Origin: Eubacteriales bacterium
GTDB lineage: Bacteria > Bacillota > Clostridia > Oscillospirales > RGIG577
Direction: 5' to 3'
Length of the DNA stretch: 64,000 nucleotides
Assembly (NCBI GenBank): GCA_050943735.1
Contig: JBMNPT010000004.1
Coordinates: 137,420-201,419 of the forward strand
Shown here: piece after piece, positions 1 to 9,411 of the stretch
How the letters are laid out: every line of letters starts with the position of its first letter
Position numbering within the stretch: position 1 is the stretch's first letter
Program-made: the position numbers and the translations under genes
The notes under the pieces: model-generated
Seen by the model: the letters and a program-made list of their open reading frames with translations, nothing else
The model's database searches: none
What the model was told of the DNA's origin: nothing

Positions 1-619
1 TATATCCCACTGCAGTGGGAGTGTCAGGCACACGGATCTTTTGCCCTTCCAGATCTGCGGGCACTGTTACAGGAATTTTTGCAGTAGCCAATTGCCGAGT
101 GCCCAGCAGCAGATTTCCCAGTGCGATGAGTCCTGTCTGAGCCGTAAATTCTTCGTACAACTTTTGGCCAGGCTCACCGTTGAGCACCTCAATACACTGT
201 TCTGCATTTTCAAATACATACGGTGCATCAAACATCAACAGAGGGGCATAACGTTTGCCCAATTCGCCAGGGCTGGCCAGTGCCAGATCCAACGAGCCAT
301 TGACTACACTGTCTACATTGTCCTTTTCAGAACCCAACTGGCCCCCGGCAAAATACTCAATCCCCAAGGCACCTTCTGTCCGCTCCATGAGTTTTTCCTG
401 AATACGGGCTGCAGAAGTAGAAAACTGGTGATCCGCCGGCAGTACAGAACCATACGATAACATAATGGTTTCGCCTTGAGTTTCTCCACCCGTACTGGTA
501 GAAGTACTGGTATTCGTTCCAGTACTTGCATTGGTACTGGTATCTGCTCCACTGCAGCCAGCTGCCAAAGCAGTCATCAAGGACATTGCCAACAGAGCCG
601 CCATAGCCTTCTTCAACAT
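1..619 (-). CDS. dctP: TRAP transporter solute-binding lipoprotein (DctP family), N-terminal ~206 codons; the 3' end lies beyond the left window edge
   Basis: Own translation from ATG at 619: MLKKAMAALLAMSLMTALAAGCSG (signal peptide with lipobox), a Thr/Ser-rich linker, then YGSVLPADHQF...IEYFAGGQLGSEKD...DAPYVFEN, which is typical of DctP. The frame is open to position 1. GGAGGA RBS lies upstream. It is absent from the ORF track because it is truncated. Confidence 0.8.
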   Translation of the reverse strand, partial: MLKKAMAALLAMSLMTALAAGCSGADTSTNASTGTNTSTSTSTGGETQGETIMLSYGSVLPADHQFSTSAARIQEKLMERTEGALGIEYFAGGQLGSEKDNVDSVVNGSLDLALASPGELGKRYAPLLMFDAPYVFENAEQCIEVLNGEPGQKLYEEFTAQTGLIALGNLLLGTRQLATAKIPVTVPADLEGQKIRVPDTPTAVGY

Positions 620-663
620 AATTTCTTCCTCCTCATAAAACTACAAATAATTTGAATCTGAAT

Positions 664-1935
664 TTACACTGGCATCAGCAAATTGGGCAGAATCAGTGAG
701 ATCTGCGGCACAAAGGTGAGAATGTAGAGAACTACAATGGTCACCAACAGATACGGTACCAATGCTTTGACCAATTTTTCATAGGGCACACTAGATATAC
801 TTTGCAGTACAAACAACACACCACCCACCGGCGGGGTTAAAAGCCCAATCATCAAGTTGACAATCATGATAATGCCAAAGTGAATGGGATCAATCCCATA
901 TTGCAGCGCCACCGGCATAAGTACAGGTGCCAAAATGGGAATGGCAGCAGAATTGTCCAGCAGCATGCCAACCACCAGCAAGAAAACATTCAATACTAGC
1001 AGTGCCGACACTTTATTGCTAATAAAGTTCAGGAAAAAGTTGCTAATGAGATTTGCCACACCTGCTCTGGCCATAATCCAGCCAAACAGAGAGGCTGCCG
1101 CCACCATCATCATCACATTGGTGGTCACTCGGGCCGTTTCCACCAGATAACCATACATATCCTTCCAAGTGATGGTTTTATAAAAGAGGCCCAAAATAAT
1201 GGCATATGCCACCGCCACTACAGCTGCTTCTGTGGGAGTAAACACGCCGCCCAAAATGCCGCCAATCAGAATCACCGGTGTCATCAATGGCAAAAAAGCC
1301 TGACTGAATGCTTCCCATATTTCCCGCAAAGTGGGTCGTGCCCGCTTTTGATAGCCTTTCTTTTTGCACTGCACATACACCACACAGCACATGGAGAAAG
1401 CCAACACAATGCCTGGTAAAATACCTGCGATCAGCAGCCGGCCCAGAGAGACGTTGGCCGCCACCGCAAACATAACTGCTGCAATACTGGGAGGAATAAT
1501 GGGACCGATAATGGAAGAGGCCCCGGTAATAGCCAAGCTGAAATCATCCTCATAACCTGCTTCTTTCATAGCTGCCAGTTCAATGGCACCCAGGCCGCCC
1601 GCATCTGCCAGCGCGCTACCGGACATCCCAGCAAAAATCACACTGGCCAACACATTGGCATGTCCCAGGCCACCAGTGATATGCCCTACCAAAACATTAC
1701 ACAGGTTAAAAATCCGCGTAGTCACGCCTCCGTTGTTCATTACCACACCCGCCAGAATAAAGAACGGGATAGCCAACAATGGAAAGGAGTCCACACCGGC
1801 AGCCATTCTCTGCACCGCAATGGTACAAGTCATATCATTGGCCATCAAATAACACATGCAGCTGATGAAAATGGTAAAACCGATGGGCATTCCTGCCAAC
1901 AGCAACACTACAAACGGAAGAAAAATAACTGCCAT
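664..1935 (-). CDS. dctM: TRAP transporter large permease subunit (DctM family)
   Basis: 423-aa polytopic membrane ORF with DctM-like motifs (GGVTTRIF, GGLGHANVLASVIFAGMSGSALAD). It starts 1 nt after the dctQ stop. Confidence 0.9.
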   Translation of the reverse strand: MAVIFLPFVVLLLAGMPIGFTIFISCMCYLMANDMTCTIAVQRMAAGVDSFPLLAIPFFILAGVVMNNGGVTTRIFNLCNVLVGHITGGLGHANVLASVIFAGMSGSALADAGGLGAIELAAMKEAGYEDDFSLAITGASSIIGPIIPPSIAAVMFAVAANVSLGRLLIAGILPGIVLAFSMCCVVYVQCKKKGYQKRARPTLREIWEAFSQAFLPLMTPVILIGGILGGVFTPTEAAVVAVAYAIILGLFYKTITWKDMYGYLVETARVTTNVMMMVAAASLFGWIMARAGVANLISNFFLNFISNKVSALLVLNVFLLVVGMLLDNSAAIPILAPVLMPVALQYGIDPIHFGIIMIVNLMIGLLTPPVGGVLFVLQSISSVPYEKLVKALVPYLLVTIVVLYILTFVPQISLILPNLLMPV

Positions 1936-1936
1936 A

Positions 1937-2422
1937 TTACTTTTCCTCCTTTCCTGTGATCAATTGCCATGTATGCTGCAGCAATCGAATTTCTGCCAGG
2001 ACAATTCCCACTGGTACGCTCAAGTAGACCCAGGACATATCCACCTTTACACCAGTGGACATGATTCCCCGCTGTCCATTCATCACTTCCATGGCCGGCA
2101 AAAACAGAATTGCAAAAAAGATCATTGCCAGAACATTACAGGAAATTTTCAGAATTTTTTGTACTCCGGGCGAGAATTTGGAACTGAGAAGTTCCACAGT
2201 GGTATAAGTCTTCATTTTTACGGTATAGGAAATGCCAATAAAGGTAAGCCAAATAAACAGGAAGCGTACACTTTCTTCACTCCACACCAGAGGGGTTTGC
2301 AGCACATATCGGAAAAATACCTGCAGCAGCATGATCAACCCCATGGCTCCTACAATGAAAGCTAAAACCACCTCCTCTGCTTTGTTGCATAAAAACCATA
2401 ACAATTTCTTCATAACATGCAA
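1937..2422 (-). CDS. dctQ: TRAP transporter small permease subunit (DctQ family)
   Basis: 161-aa four-TM protein immediately upstream of dctM. GGAGG lies 7 nt before the ATG. Confidence 0.8.
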   Translation of the reverse strand: MHVMKKLLWFLCNKAEEVVLAFIVGAMGLIMLLQVFFRYVLQTPLVWSEESVRFLFIWLTFIGISYTVKMKTYTTVELLSSKFSPGVQKILKISCNVLAMIFFAILFLPAMEVMNGQRGIMSTGVKVDMSWVYLSVPVGIVLAEIRLLQHTWQLITGKEEK

Positions 2423-2485
2423 CTACCTCCTTTTGATTCTCACTCAGCATTTTGTAGGTTTTGTCTTTGAGGAACCCCCGTTCTC

Positions 2486-2518
2486 AAAACAAAAAGCCTC
2501 ACGTTTGCTTCGTGAGGC
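2486..2518 (-). terminator. Rho-independent terminator after the SBP-like/AraC unit
   Basis: GCCTCACG/CGTGAGGC stem (2496-2518) followed on the minus strand by a U-tract. Confidence 0.6.
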
Positions 2519-2616
2519 CATCATACGATATTTGTTTGTGTTTGTAAATTGTGAATTTTTCATTTAATTATCAAATACGCACATTTCACCAACAATATCA
2601 CAAATTATGAATTTGA

Positions 2617-3636
2617 TTACGAATTTGATAATTTTTGCAACAATTCATAGAACTGAATCAAATCCTCTCCCATATTTTCATTCCAAAATTGTTCGATTGC
2701 TTGTTGCGCCAATATTTTGTTTTCATCAGATAATTTCTGTATCTTATATGTCTGGTACAATTCAGTTCGATTCTCCAGCAATTGCTGATATGTATATTCT
2801 CCCAGCAATTTAGCGGCTGTGTGCAAAATTGCTTGCACATTATCATTAAAGGACTCATACAGATTTCGATTCACCAGCAAATAGTACAATTGCAATGTAT
2901 CCTCAGTTCCATAAATTTGTCCTTTCCCCGGTCCATAATCCATCACTTCTGATAAAGAATAAAACTCGGCTTGATATTTGATCTGTAAGTCATCCAGGCT
3001 TCCCTCTTGTTCCAAAGGGTTAAAACCATATTGTTTTAACAGATAAGGGGAGAAATGATTTTGCCGGCACAAAACGGTTGCACCTGGTTCCAATGAATCT
3101 TCACCAGTGGAAAAAAGATATTGGTACCCATCCTGTCCCACTAACAGTAATTTCATATTGCTGTTTTTAAGCTTTTGATTCAAAACATTGAGCACTTCTT
3201 CACGGGACAAAACCGCTTTCGCCTCTTGATAATCATGAAAAACAGCGGGCATTTCCAATACCAAGCTCTCTTTCAAATAGGGCATCAGTGAAGAAACCAT
3301 AGCAATCTCACTACTACCCTGTTCCAAACTTCGCAAAATCTCTTCTTCTGTTGGCAATAGACTATTGTTTTCATAAATCTCCATGCGCAATTCGCTATTT
3401 TGCTCTATGTAGCTTACAAAATACAGCTTAAAGCCCACTTGATTGGCATGTGATAGCGTATATGAATGCTGGGCAATCAATGTTTGCGACAATTTGCTCT
3501 CTATGGTATTTTCCCGCAGAGAAATAACCCCTGGTACATTTTGTACTTTTTCCCCTTGCGGCATCATTAGAAATCCAGCTGTAGCTATCAAACAAATCGC
3601 GACTCCAGCTGCCGTCACCCATTTTACTCGGCTCAT
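2617..3636 (-). CDS. Membrane-anchored DctP-like solute-binding protein (degenerate TRAP SBP fold), probable co-sensor
   Basis: 339 aa with an N-terminal TM anchor (VTAAGVAICLIATAGFLMM). DctP-like segments include EIAMVSSLMPYLKESLVLEMPAVFHDYQEAKAVL and LYYLLVNRNLYESFNDNVQAIL. Its start overlaps the upstream AraC gene stop (ATGA, 3633-3636). Confidence 0.55.
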   Translation of the reverse strand: MSRVKWVTAAGVAICLIATAGFLMMPQGEKVQNVPGVISLRENTIESKLSQTLIAQHSYTLSHANQVGFKLYFVSYIEQNSELRMEIYENNSLLPTEEEILRSLEQGSSEIAMVSSLMPYLKESLVLEMPAVFHDYQEAKAVLSREEVLNVLNQKLKNSNMKLLLVGQDGYQYLFSTGEDSLEPGATVLCRQNHFSPYLLKQYGFNPLEQEGSLDDLQIKYQAEFYSLSEVMDYGPGKGQIYGTEDTLQLYYLLVNRNLYESFNDNVQAILHTAAKLLGEYTYQQLLENRTELYQTYKIQKLSDENKILAQQAIEQFWNENMGEDLIQFYELLQKLSNS

Positions 3637-5897
3637 TGCTCTTCCTCCTGTGTTGCCAGGTGCTTTCTATACTGCCCTGGAGTCACTCCCTCATATTTCT
3701 TAAATGTCCGCAAAAATCCCTGGGTATTATTAAATCCACAACAGCTGCCCACTTCCGCAACACTCATGGAACGATCTTGAAGCATAGTTTTCGCTTTTTC
3801 AATCCGCACAAATGCCAGATAATCCACATATGTCCTACCGGTTTCTTCTTTGATCAGCCGGCTGACATAGGCTCCTGAAAATCCCGAAGCATCGGCTACA
3901 TCTCTTAAGGAAATATCCTGAGAGAGATGTTCTTGAATGTATTGCAGAATATTGCAATTGACACGCCCAACATGTCCCTGTATTACGCGGTCACAGGCTT
4001 CCTCACACAGTCTTTGCAAGGCTTGGATACATTCTTCTAATGTATCTTTTTGTTCCATATCCTTCTTCAGCACAGCATACTCTACGTCCAAGTGAAGACC
4101 AGCTTTTTTTAGTTCCTCCAAAACATTTTGTTCCAGCATATAAAGCGCAAATTTCACCTGTTCCACCTGGGGCAGTTTACCCTGTACCAGTTCCTTTTGA
4201 ATTGTACGCAGCTGCTGAATTGCTTTTTCCTTATCACCTACTCGCACATAATTCAAAAGCTGTTTTTGTAGTTCCAGAAGAACTCCGTTTTCCTCCTGTA
4301 CGGCCAGCTGACTGCGATTGTAATATACTGTATTGCTGCCAAAATAAAAACGATAATGCATACTTTCCTGTGCAGTTTGCATGGATTGTGCCAATTGTGT
4401 CACGCCGATCACAGGGACGCCTACCGCCAATGTAACAGAAAATGGGAACTTAGGAGTAACCTCTTCCACCAACTGTTGGTACTCTTTCTCTTGCAACGGC
4501 TCCCCCAGCATTACAAAAACATATTCTCGCAAATCCAACTCATTGCTGAACCATATTTGAACGCCTTTCTGCGCCACAAAATTCTCAATTTCTTCCCGCA
4601 GCATCATTTTCAAGCTTACGATTCCCACAATTGTATGTTCTTGATCATAATCTGTCCGGCATAATACCACTTGCATTGTTTGCTGCTGCACATCCTGCTC
4701 CAACTTTTGCAGATAAGCTGTACAACCCTCACTGACCCTTCCTTGTAAGTATTCTATTACCGCTCTGGAGCGCAAAATGGGCTCAGTTTCCTCAATCTTA
4801 TTGGAAAGCTGAACATTACTGGTTTGCATTTTTTCCCATGCCTGGTCCAAGACTTCATATTCATCCTCACCCAATAGAGGCATAGTTCCCACAGAAACCA
4901 CTTTGTCCATCAATTTAGCTATAGGCGTATAAATTCTCCGATTGATGGTCAAAATCATGACCACCGTCACCGCCAAGCACAAACCTGTAATGAGAACCAA
5001 TAAAAACCCAAAAAGCCGTACTGGTTCCATAAAACTTTTATAGGGTACCGAATAGTAGTAGAGCCAATCATTGTAATCAGACCGAGCATAAACGGCTATC
5101 ATCTGTTCCGTTCCTGCCTGATATAAAAATACATCCTCCTCTATAAGAGTCATTTCATCTCCGTAAAGCTTCTGTATTTTTTGACCAATTTCATCTTCTT
5201 TTCCACTGCTGATCACAGTTCCCACTTTATCACAAATCAATAATTTGCTGCCATTTTGCTCTTTGGCCTCAATCTGATTTTGAAAAACCGATTGAGAAAT
5301 ATTAACCACCACTCCACCTTTTTTGCTCCAAGTGTGATAGGGAACATTTCTCATCATGGTAATATAGGTTTGAGGCTTTTGCATATTATCCACAGTTTTT
5401 CGTGTCAGAAGTGTTTTTGTACCCAAAAACTGAGTATTAAATTCTCCCAGCCATTGAGTATCGGTATAATCCCGAATATCCATCATACCAGAATTGGAAC
5501 TGTACAAAGTCCCAGAAGAAGCCACGTATACATAAACCGATGCAACACAAGCATGGTTGGTTGCATCGGCCAGCATGGTAGTAATTCTTTTACTCTGATT
5601 ATATCCACCGCCGCTTCCCATCACCGCTTGAATTACATCAGGATGATTGGAAATTTGATACAGCGTGGATTCACCGCTTTTCAAAACTTCATCCGCCAAT
5701 TCCACTGTTTTTTTCAGCATATTCCGATTGACTTCAATGTTTTGTTTTTGGATGGTGTTACGGGTCATATTATAAGTATAACCGCCAAAAATCAACAGAG
5801 GCAGCAGGGTAATCAGCAGCATGCACAAATTGCGGTAAAACAAACTTCGCCATCTGAACACCGGTACGGGACCGGTTTGTTTCACCTTTACGGCCAT
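3633..5897 (-). CDS. Membrane-bound AraC-family transcriptional regulator with an extracytoplasmic sensor domain (TM - Cache-like - TM - linker - AraC HTH)
   Basis: 754 aa. Two TM segments (about residues 25-45 and 296-318) flank a ~250-aa extracellular region. The C-terminus LRDVADASGFSGAYVSRLIKEETGRTYVDYLAFVRIEKAKTML...GFNNTQGFLRTFKKYEGVTPGQYR is a canonical AraC HTH pair. Confidence 0.75.
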   Translation of the reverse strand: MAVKVKQTGPVPVFRWRSLFYRNLCMLLITLLPLLIFGGYTYNMTRNTIQKQNIEVNRNMLKKTVELADEVLKSGESTLYQISNHPDVIQAVMGSGGGYNQSKRITTMLADATNHACVASVYVYVASSGTLYSSNSGMMDIRDYTDTQWLGEFNTQFLGTKTLLTRKTVDNMQKPQTYITMMRNVPYHTWSKKGGVVVNISQSVFQNQIEAKEQNGSKLLICDKVGTVISSGKEDEIGQKIQKLYGDEMTLIEEDVFLYQAGTEQMIAVYARSDYNDWLYYYSVPYKSFMEPVRLFGFLLVLITGLCLAVTVVMILTINRRIYTPIAKLMDKVVSVGTMPLLGEDEYEVLDQAWEKMQTSNVQLSNKIEETEPILRSRAVIEYLQGRVSEGCTAYLQKLEQDVQQQTMQVVLCRTDYDQEHTIVGIVSLKMMLREEIENFVAQKGVQIWFSNELDLREYVFVMLGEPLQEKEYQQLVEEVTPKFPFSVTLAVGVPVIGVTQLAQSMQTAQESMHYRFYFGSNTVYYNRSQLAVQEENGVLLELQKQLLNYVRVGDKEKAIQQLRTIQKELVQGKLPQVEQVKFALYMLEQNVLEELKKAGLHLDVEYAVLKKDMEQKDTLEECIQALQRLCEEACDRVIQGHVGRVNCNILQYIQEHLSQDISLRDVADASGFSGAYVSRLIKEETGRTYVDYLAFVRIEKAKTMLQDRSMSVAEVGSCCGFNNTQGFLRTFKKYEGVTPGQYRKHLATQEEEQ

Positions 5898-5915
5898 CTT
5901 ACCCTGCCTCCTTTT

Positions 5916-6854
5916 TCAGTTTAATCCATATAGATTCTCAATTCTCTGAATCATTGCATCATGGCCAGGTGTGGGAATTCCCAACTTTTTACCCAATTCA
6001 CTCACATACGGAGAAAAGAGAGGAAATTCAGTGCATTTTTTCCCCGCATCCAAGTCCCTGCGCAAAGACGAAGTATTACTGGGATCCAATTTTCTGGCAT
6101 CCTCAATCACCCGATCCACCTGATCTGGTGGCAACGCAATTCCGGAAGCGATTCCCACTTGATAAATTTCTTCCAACAACTGATACAAAGTGGCGAACAT
6201 CTTTTCATCGGACAAAATTTGTCCCACATTGGCCTGCAGTCCTACTGTACACACGCCAAACGCACAAACCATAAAATATTTGCTCCAAATGCTCACTTCC
6301 ACCTGAGAAGACAGCTCAAAATCCACTCCCATATTCTGCAATTTTTGCTCTATCTCACGCAGCCGCTGTTGATGTTCTTTTTGATTGGAACCAAACAACA
6401 CTTTTTTGCTAATTCCAGGATGAGATGCTTCTCCATGACCATTGGATACTCCAGTAATATAGGTACAGCCGCTAGTCAGGATCCCTCGCTGCCACACTTT
6501 TTCAATTTTTTCACGAATGCCAATGCCATTGAGAATGGGAATCAGTACCGTATTTTCTCCGCAAATGGGTGCCAAGGAAGGAACCGCATCCGCCAGGCTA
6601 TAGCTTTTAACGCACAATATTACCACATCCATGATCTGATGCAGTTCTGCAGCACTGGCAAAAATACCATCAGGCTGCACACAAAACGTTCCGTAATGAT
6701 CAGAAACTACTGTCAGCCCATGCTTTCGCACCGCTTCCAGTTGTACCGCCCAAGGTTCCAGAAAATATACCTCATCTTCCTGTGTTTTTCCATGGGCCAA
6801 GAACCCGCCTATTACACTACCAATACCGCCCAAACCGACTACTGCTATTTTCAT
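5916..6854 (-). CDS. Ketopantoate reductase family oxidoreductase (PanE/ApbA-like)
   Basis: 312 aa with an N-terminal Rossmann motif MKIAVVGLGGIGSVIGGFLA and length/layout typical of the ApbA/PanE family. Confidence 0.65.
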   Translation of the reverse strand: MKIAVVGLGGIGSVIGGFLAHGKTQEDEVYFLEPWAVQLEAVRKHGLTVVSDHYGTFCVQPDGIFASAAELHQIMDVVILCVKSYSLADAVPSLAPICGENTVLIPILNGIGIREKIEKVWQRGILTSGCTYITGVSNGHGEASHPGISKKVLFGSNQKEHQQRLREIEQKLQNMGVDFELSSQVEVSIWSKYFMVCAFGVCTVGLQANVGQILSDEKMFATLYQLLEEIYQVGIASGIALPPDQVDRVIEDARKLDPSNTSSLRRDLDAGKKCTEFPLFSPYVSELGKKLGIPTPGHDAMIQRIENLYGLN

Positions 6855-6990
6855 GGAAATTCTTCCTTTCTTTTTCTATTTGGGGGTTCATTGTTATCAT
6901 AGCATGTTTTTTCAATATATGACAAGGTTCTCATATGGGGTAGTTAACAAAAATTTACGCCTTGTATTTTATGTATTGTGCATAATCTTT

Positions 6991-7028
6991 CCAAAAACAA
7001 AAAGCGTCCGGCATCAATGCCGGACGCT
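6991..7028 (-). terminator. Rho-independent terminator downstream of the SHOCT gene
   Basis: 11-bp stem AGCGTCCGGCA/TGCCGGACGCT (7003-7028), with a U-tract on the minus strand (A-run 6993-7002 on plus). Confidence 0.7.
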
Positions 7029-7033
7029 TTACC

Positions 7034-7387
7034 TTACAATCCCAGTAACTGTTTCTTTTTTGCCTCAAATTCCTCTTGGGTAATCACTCCACTATCCAAC
7101 AATTCCTTAAACTTTTTCAATTCATCTGCACTGGAAATGGTTTGACTGCCTCCAGCGTTTTGATGAATTTCATCAGCCTCTTGCTGTGCTTTTCTCAGCC
7201 GGGCTTTTGCTTCCTGCAGCTTTCTGTCACTGTCGTGATTCACACCCGAAACTCCCAGATCAATCAGTTCTCTCGAGCCACATTTGGGACATCTTTCAAA
7301 ATCTACAATGCGGTTCAATTCATTCTGTGCATTTCCCTGATGGACAGCACTTGGTTTGGAATACACAAAAAAGTATAGGTAAAACAA
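7034..7387 (-). CDS. Small zinc-ribbon / SHOCT-domain protein (start codon uncertain; possibly N-terminally truncated)
   Basis: The C-terminus ELKKFKELLDSGVITQEEFEAKKKQLLGL matches the SHOCT signature, and a CPKCGS half zinc-ribbon is present. There is no internal Met and no convincing RBS for the TTG at 7387. Confidence 0.5.
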   Translation of the reverse strand: MFYLYFFVYSKPSAVHQGNAQNELNRIVDFERCPKCGSRELIDLGVSGVNHDSDRKLQEAKARLRKAQQEADEIHQNAGGSQTISSADELKKFKELLDSGVITQEEFEAKKKQLLGL

Positions 7388-7396
7388 TTTGTTATC

Positions 7397-7425
7397 TTGA
7401 TATATAAAACAAAATGTTATATAAT
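7397..7425 (+). promoter_or_regulatory. Sigma-70-type promoter of the 307-aa gene
   Basis: TTGATA (7397-7402), 17-nt spacer, TATAAT (7420-7425), about 40 nt upstream of the GAGGTG RBS and ATG 7468. Confidence 0.6.
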
Positions 7426-7467
7426 AGATTGAACCTTGAATATTATAAAACTAAATGAGGTGTTTTT

Positions 7468-8391
7468 ATGCTTTTTCCTCCATGGTTTCCGCTTTCGATA
7501 ACAGCTTGCTCTTCCGAGAATCAGCCTATAAATACGGAACAATGTGTCAGTCTTTTTGCCCCAGTTCAAGAAACAACAAAAGGAATTCTTTTCAAGCGAA
7601 CAACTTCCCGAAAAGCAACCAGCGAAGAATTTCAGCAACGAAAAGAATCCTTGGGTATTGTCCTTGCATTCAAGAGTTCAGCCAAAGTAGATCAATATGT
7701 GTTTCTTACTAATACACACATTGTCTTTTGGGGGAAACACGATGAGTTTTCAACTGCGGAAATGAAAAGCTACACGCTTTCTCAATCCATGCTTAAAAAA
7801 ATTTCAATCGCTGAATATACAGAAGATGCATATTCTTATGACGCTATCATGCCGACCCACCGGCTGAACATTAAAACCGCGGAAAACAGCAAGCAAAGTG
7901 TGGCAGGACGAGCGGCGGCAGGCGCAGTAATCGCCGGGCCGGTTGGGGCTGTTGTTGGTGCTGCATCGGCAGCCGAACATAACCGGGAAGCCGAACGTCT
8001 GAATTCTCAACATGATGCCCCTCTGATAGAAAAGAAAAGAGTTTACCATGCCGCAGAAACAATCCCCAACTGTTTAGTCATAGAATGTGAAAGGTACGCG
8101 AATTCACAAGAGCGGAATGCTGGAATAAAGGGTCTGCAAAAGGAATTATTAGCTGTTGGCCCGCTGGATGAAGAGTTTAGTGTCTATGCAAATGGGTACA
8201 GGGATATCGAAGAGTATAACCAGCTACTGGCGGAATTGCTGCGCATCAAATACGATTTGCCCTGCGAAGCAGGACTTACCGATGCGCAAAAAGAGCATTT
8301 GGAGGTATTTCGAGAAATGCTGAATGACGGCGACATTGACGAGGAAACATATCAAGAACGGGTGGAAGAGTGTAAGCAAATGATTCATTAA
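7468..8391 (+). CDS. PH-like / glycine-zipper / SHOCT-like protein of unknown function (family shared with cassette proteins B and C)
   Basis: 307 aa. It contains a glycine zipper KQSVAGRAAAGAVIAGPVGAVVGAASAA (about nt 7895-7975). The C-terminus LEVFREMLNDGDIDEETYQERVEE is SHOCT-like. The N-terminal beta-rich part (YVFLTNTHIVFWGK) looks bacterial-PH-like. Confidence 0.6.
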   Translation: MLFPPWFPLSITACSSENQPINTEQCVSLFAPVQETTKGILFKRTTSRKATSEEFQQRKESLGIVLAFKSSAKVDQYVFLTNTHIVFWGKHDEFSTAEMKSYTLSQSMLKKISIAEYTEDAYSYDAIMPTHRLNIKTAENSKQSVAGRAAAGAVIAGPVGAVVGAASAAEHNREAERLNSQHDAPLIEKKRVYHAAETIPNCLVIECERYANSQERNAGIKGLQKELLAVGPLDEEFSVYANGYRDIEEYNQLLAELLRIKYDLPCEAGLTDAQKEHLEVFREMLNDGDIDEETYQERVEECKQMIH

Positions 8392-8450
8392 TTTGCAGGG
8401 GGGTACATTCCGGGAAACTCTAAGACATAAACTCGATTATCTGATAGAGG

Positions 8451-8484
8451 ACGCTTATGCAGGCCGCATGAGCGTTTTCTTTTG
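8451..8484 (+). terminator. Rho-independent terminator
   Basis: 10-bp stem ACGCTTATGC/GCATGAGCGT, loop AGGCC, then TTTCTTTT. Confidence 0.7.
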
Positions 8485-8594
8485 GCCGTCTTGCGAGTGT
8501 TCGCAAGAGTACACCTTTAGGAACACTTAAAAACTCCTTGTTTCTTTTGTTCGTAAAACATGAAATTTATTTTACAGATATATTCGTAAATATA

Positions 8595-8623
8595 TTGACT
8601 TTTATGAACGCTTGTGGTAGAAT
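8595..8623 (+). promoter_or_regulatory. Promoter of the serine recombinase gene
   Basis: TTGACT (8595-8600), 17 nt, TAGAAT (8618-8623). The GTG at 8614 used by the ORF track lies inside this promoter, so I reject it as the start. Confidence 0.6.
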
Positions 8624-8652
8624 ACGAACAGATAAAGAAAGGGGACGCAAGC

Positions 8653-9261
8653 GTGGATAATCGGACTTACTACTATGCCAGAGTATCAAGCAAGGAGCAA
8701 AACCTTGACCGCCAGATTGCCGCATTTAAGGCGCTTGGAGCGCAGGAACGGGAGATAATCACCGATAAGGAAAGCGGAAAAGACTTGAATCGAGCGGGAT
8801 ATATGGCGCTTAAAAATGCCATGCTCCGCAAGGGAGATACACTTGTTGTAAAATCTCTCGACAGACTGAGCCGCAATAAGTGCGACATAAAAAATGAATT
8901 GCAATTCTTTAAGGACAATGGAATCCGTTTGAAAGTCATTGACTTGCCTACTACCATGATGGAATTACCAGAGGGGCAGGAATGGGTTTTTGAAATGGTA
9001 AACAACATCTTAATTGAAGTGTTGGGAACGATTGCAGAACAGGAGCGGGAAACTATACGCAAGCGGCAAGCCGAGGGCATTGAAGCGGCAAAGCAGAACG
9101 GCAAAAAGTTAGGCCGCCCCGCGCTTACCTTCCCCTCAAATTGGAATGAAGTATATTCTGCTTGGAAAGCGGGAGAAATTACAGCAAAGACAGCTATGGA
9201 GCAAACCAACACTAAAAGAACCAGTTTTTATAAATTAGTCAGTATGACGGAAAACCAGTAA
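8653..9261 (+). CDS. Small serine recombinase (resolvase/invertase family)
   Basis: YYYARVSSKEQNLDRQ catalytic-Ser motif, DRLSRN, and a C-terminal GRP...HTH. I place the start at GTG 8653, which follows AAAGGGGA and is in frame with the track ORF 8614..9261. Confidence 0.85.
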   Translation: MDNRTYYYARVSSKEQNLDRQIAAFKALGAQEREIITDKESGKDLNRAGYMALKNAMLRKGDTLVVKSLDRLSRNKCDIKNELQFFKDNGIRLKVIDLPTTMMELPEGQEWVFEMVNNILIEVLGTIAEQERETIRKRQAEGIEAAKQNGKKLGRPALTFPSNWNEVYSAWKAGEITAKTAMEQTNTKRTSFYKLVSMTENQ

Positions 9262-9264
9262 AAC

Positions 9265-9339
9265 GGGACACCTTTTGCATGGGACACTTTTCTTTGCTCT
9301 CTGACTACTGGATTCGGCGGCGGGACACAGGCAGGACAC
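9265..9339 (+). repeat. Four direct (G)GGACAC repeats, candidate arm-type recombinase binding sites of a decayed element
   Basis: GGGACAC at 9265, 9281 and 9322, and AGGACAC at 9333. They lie directly left of a terminator-like GGGAACAGGTTTCCCC and a rubrerythrin 3' fragment. This is the same layout as the right end of the intact element (20154-20320). Confidence 0.4.
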
Positions 9340-9411
9340 CAAAGCACAAAAAAGAGAGGGAACAGGTTTCCCCATTCCCTCTCAGAAGTGCTTGATTTTA
9401 CTGGTATTGAA

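Noticed and set aside
8548-8630. Possible invertible promoter: TGTTCGTA ... TACGAACA inverted repeat flanking the serine recombinase promoter
   Set aside because: The inverted repeat is only 8 bp, much shorter than the repeats of known invertons. The same heptamer also occurs as direct copies elsewhere. I treat it as an operator-type motif (see findings), not as an inversion switch.
8614-8652. Upstream GTG start of the serine recombinase given by the ORF track
   Set aside because: That GTG sits between the -35 and -10 of the TTGACT-17-TAGAAT promoter. GTG 8653, preceded by AAAGGGGA, gives the usual N-terminus just before the YYYARVSS catalytic motif.
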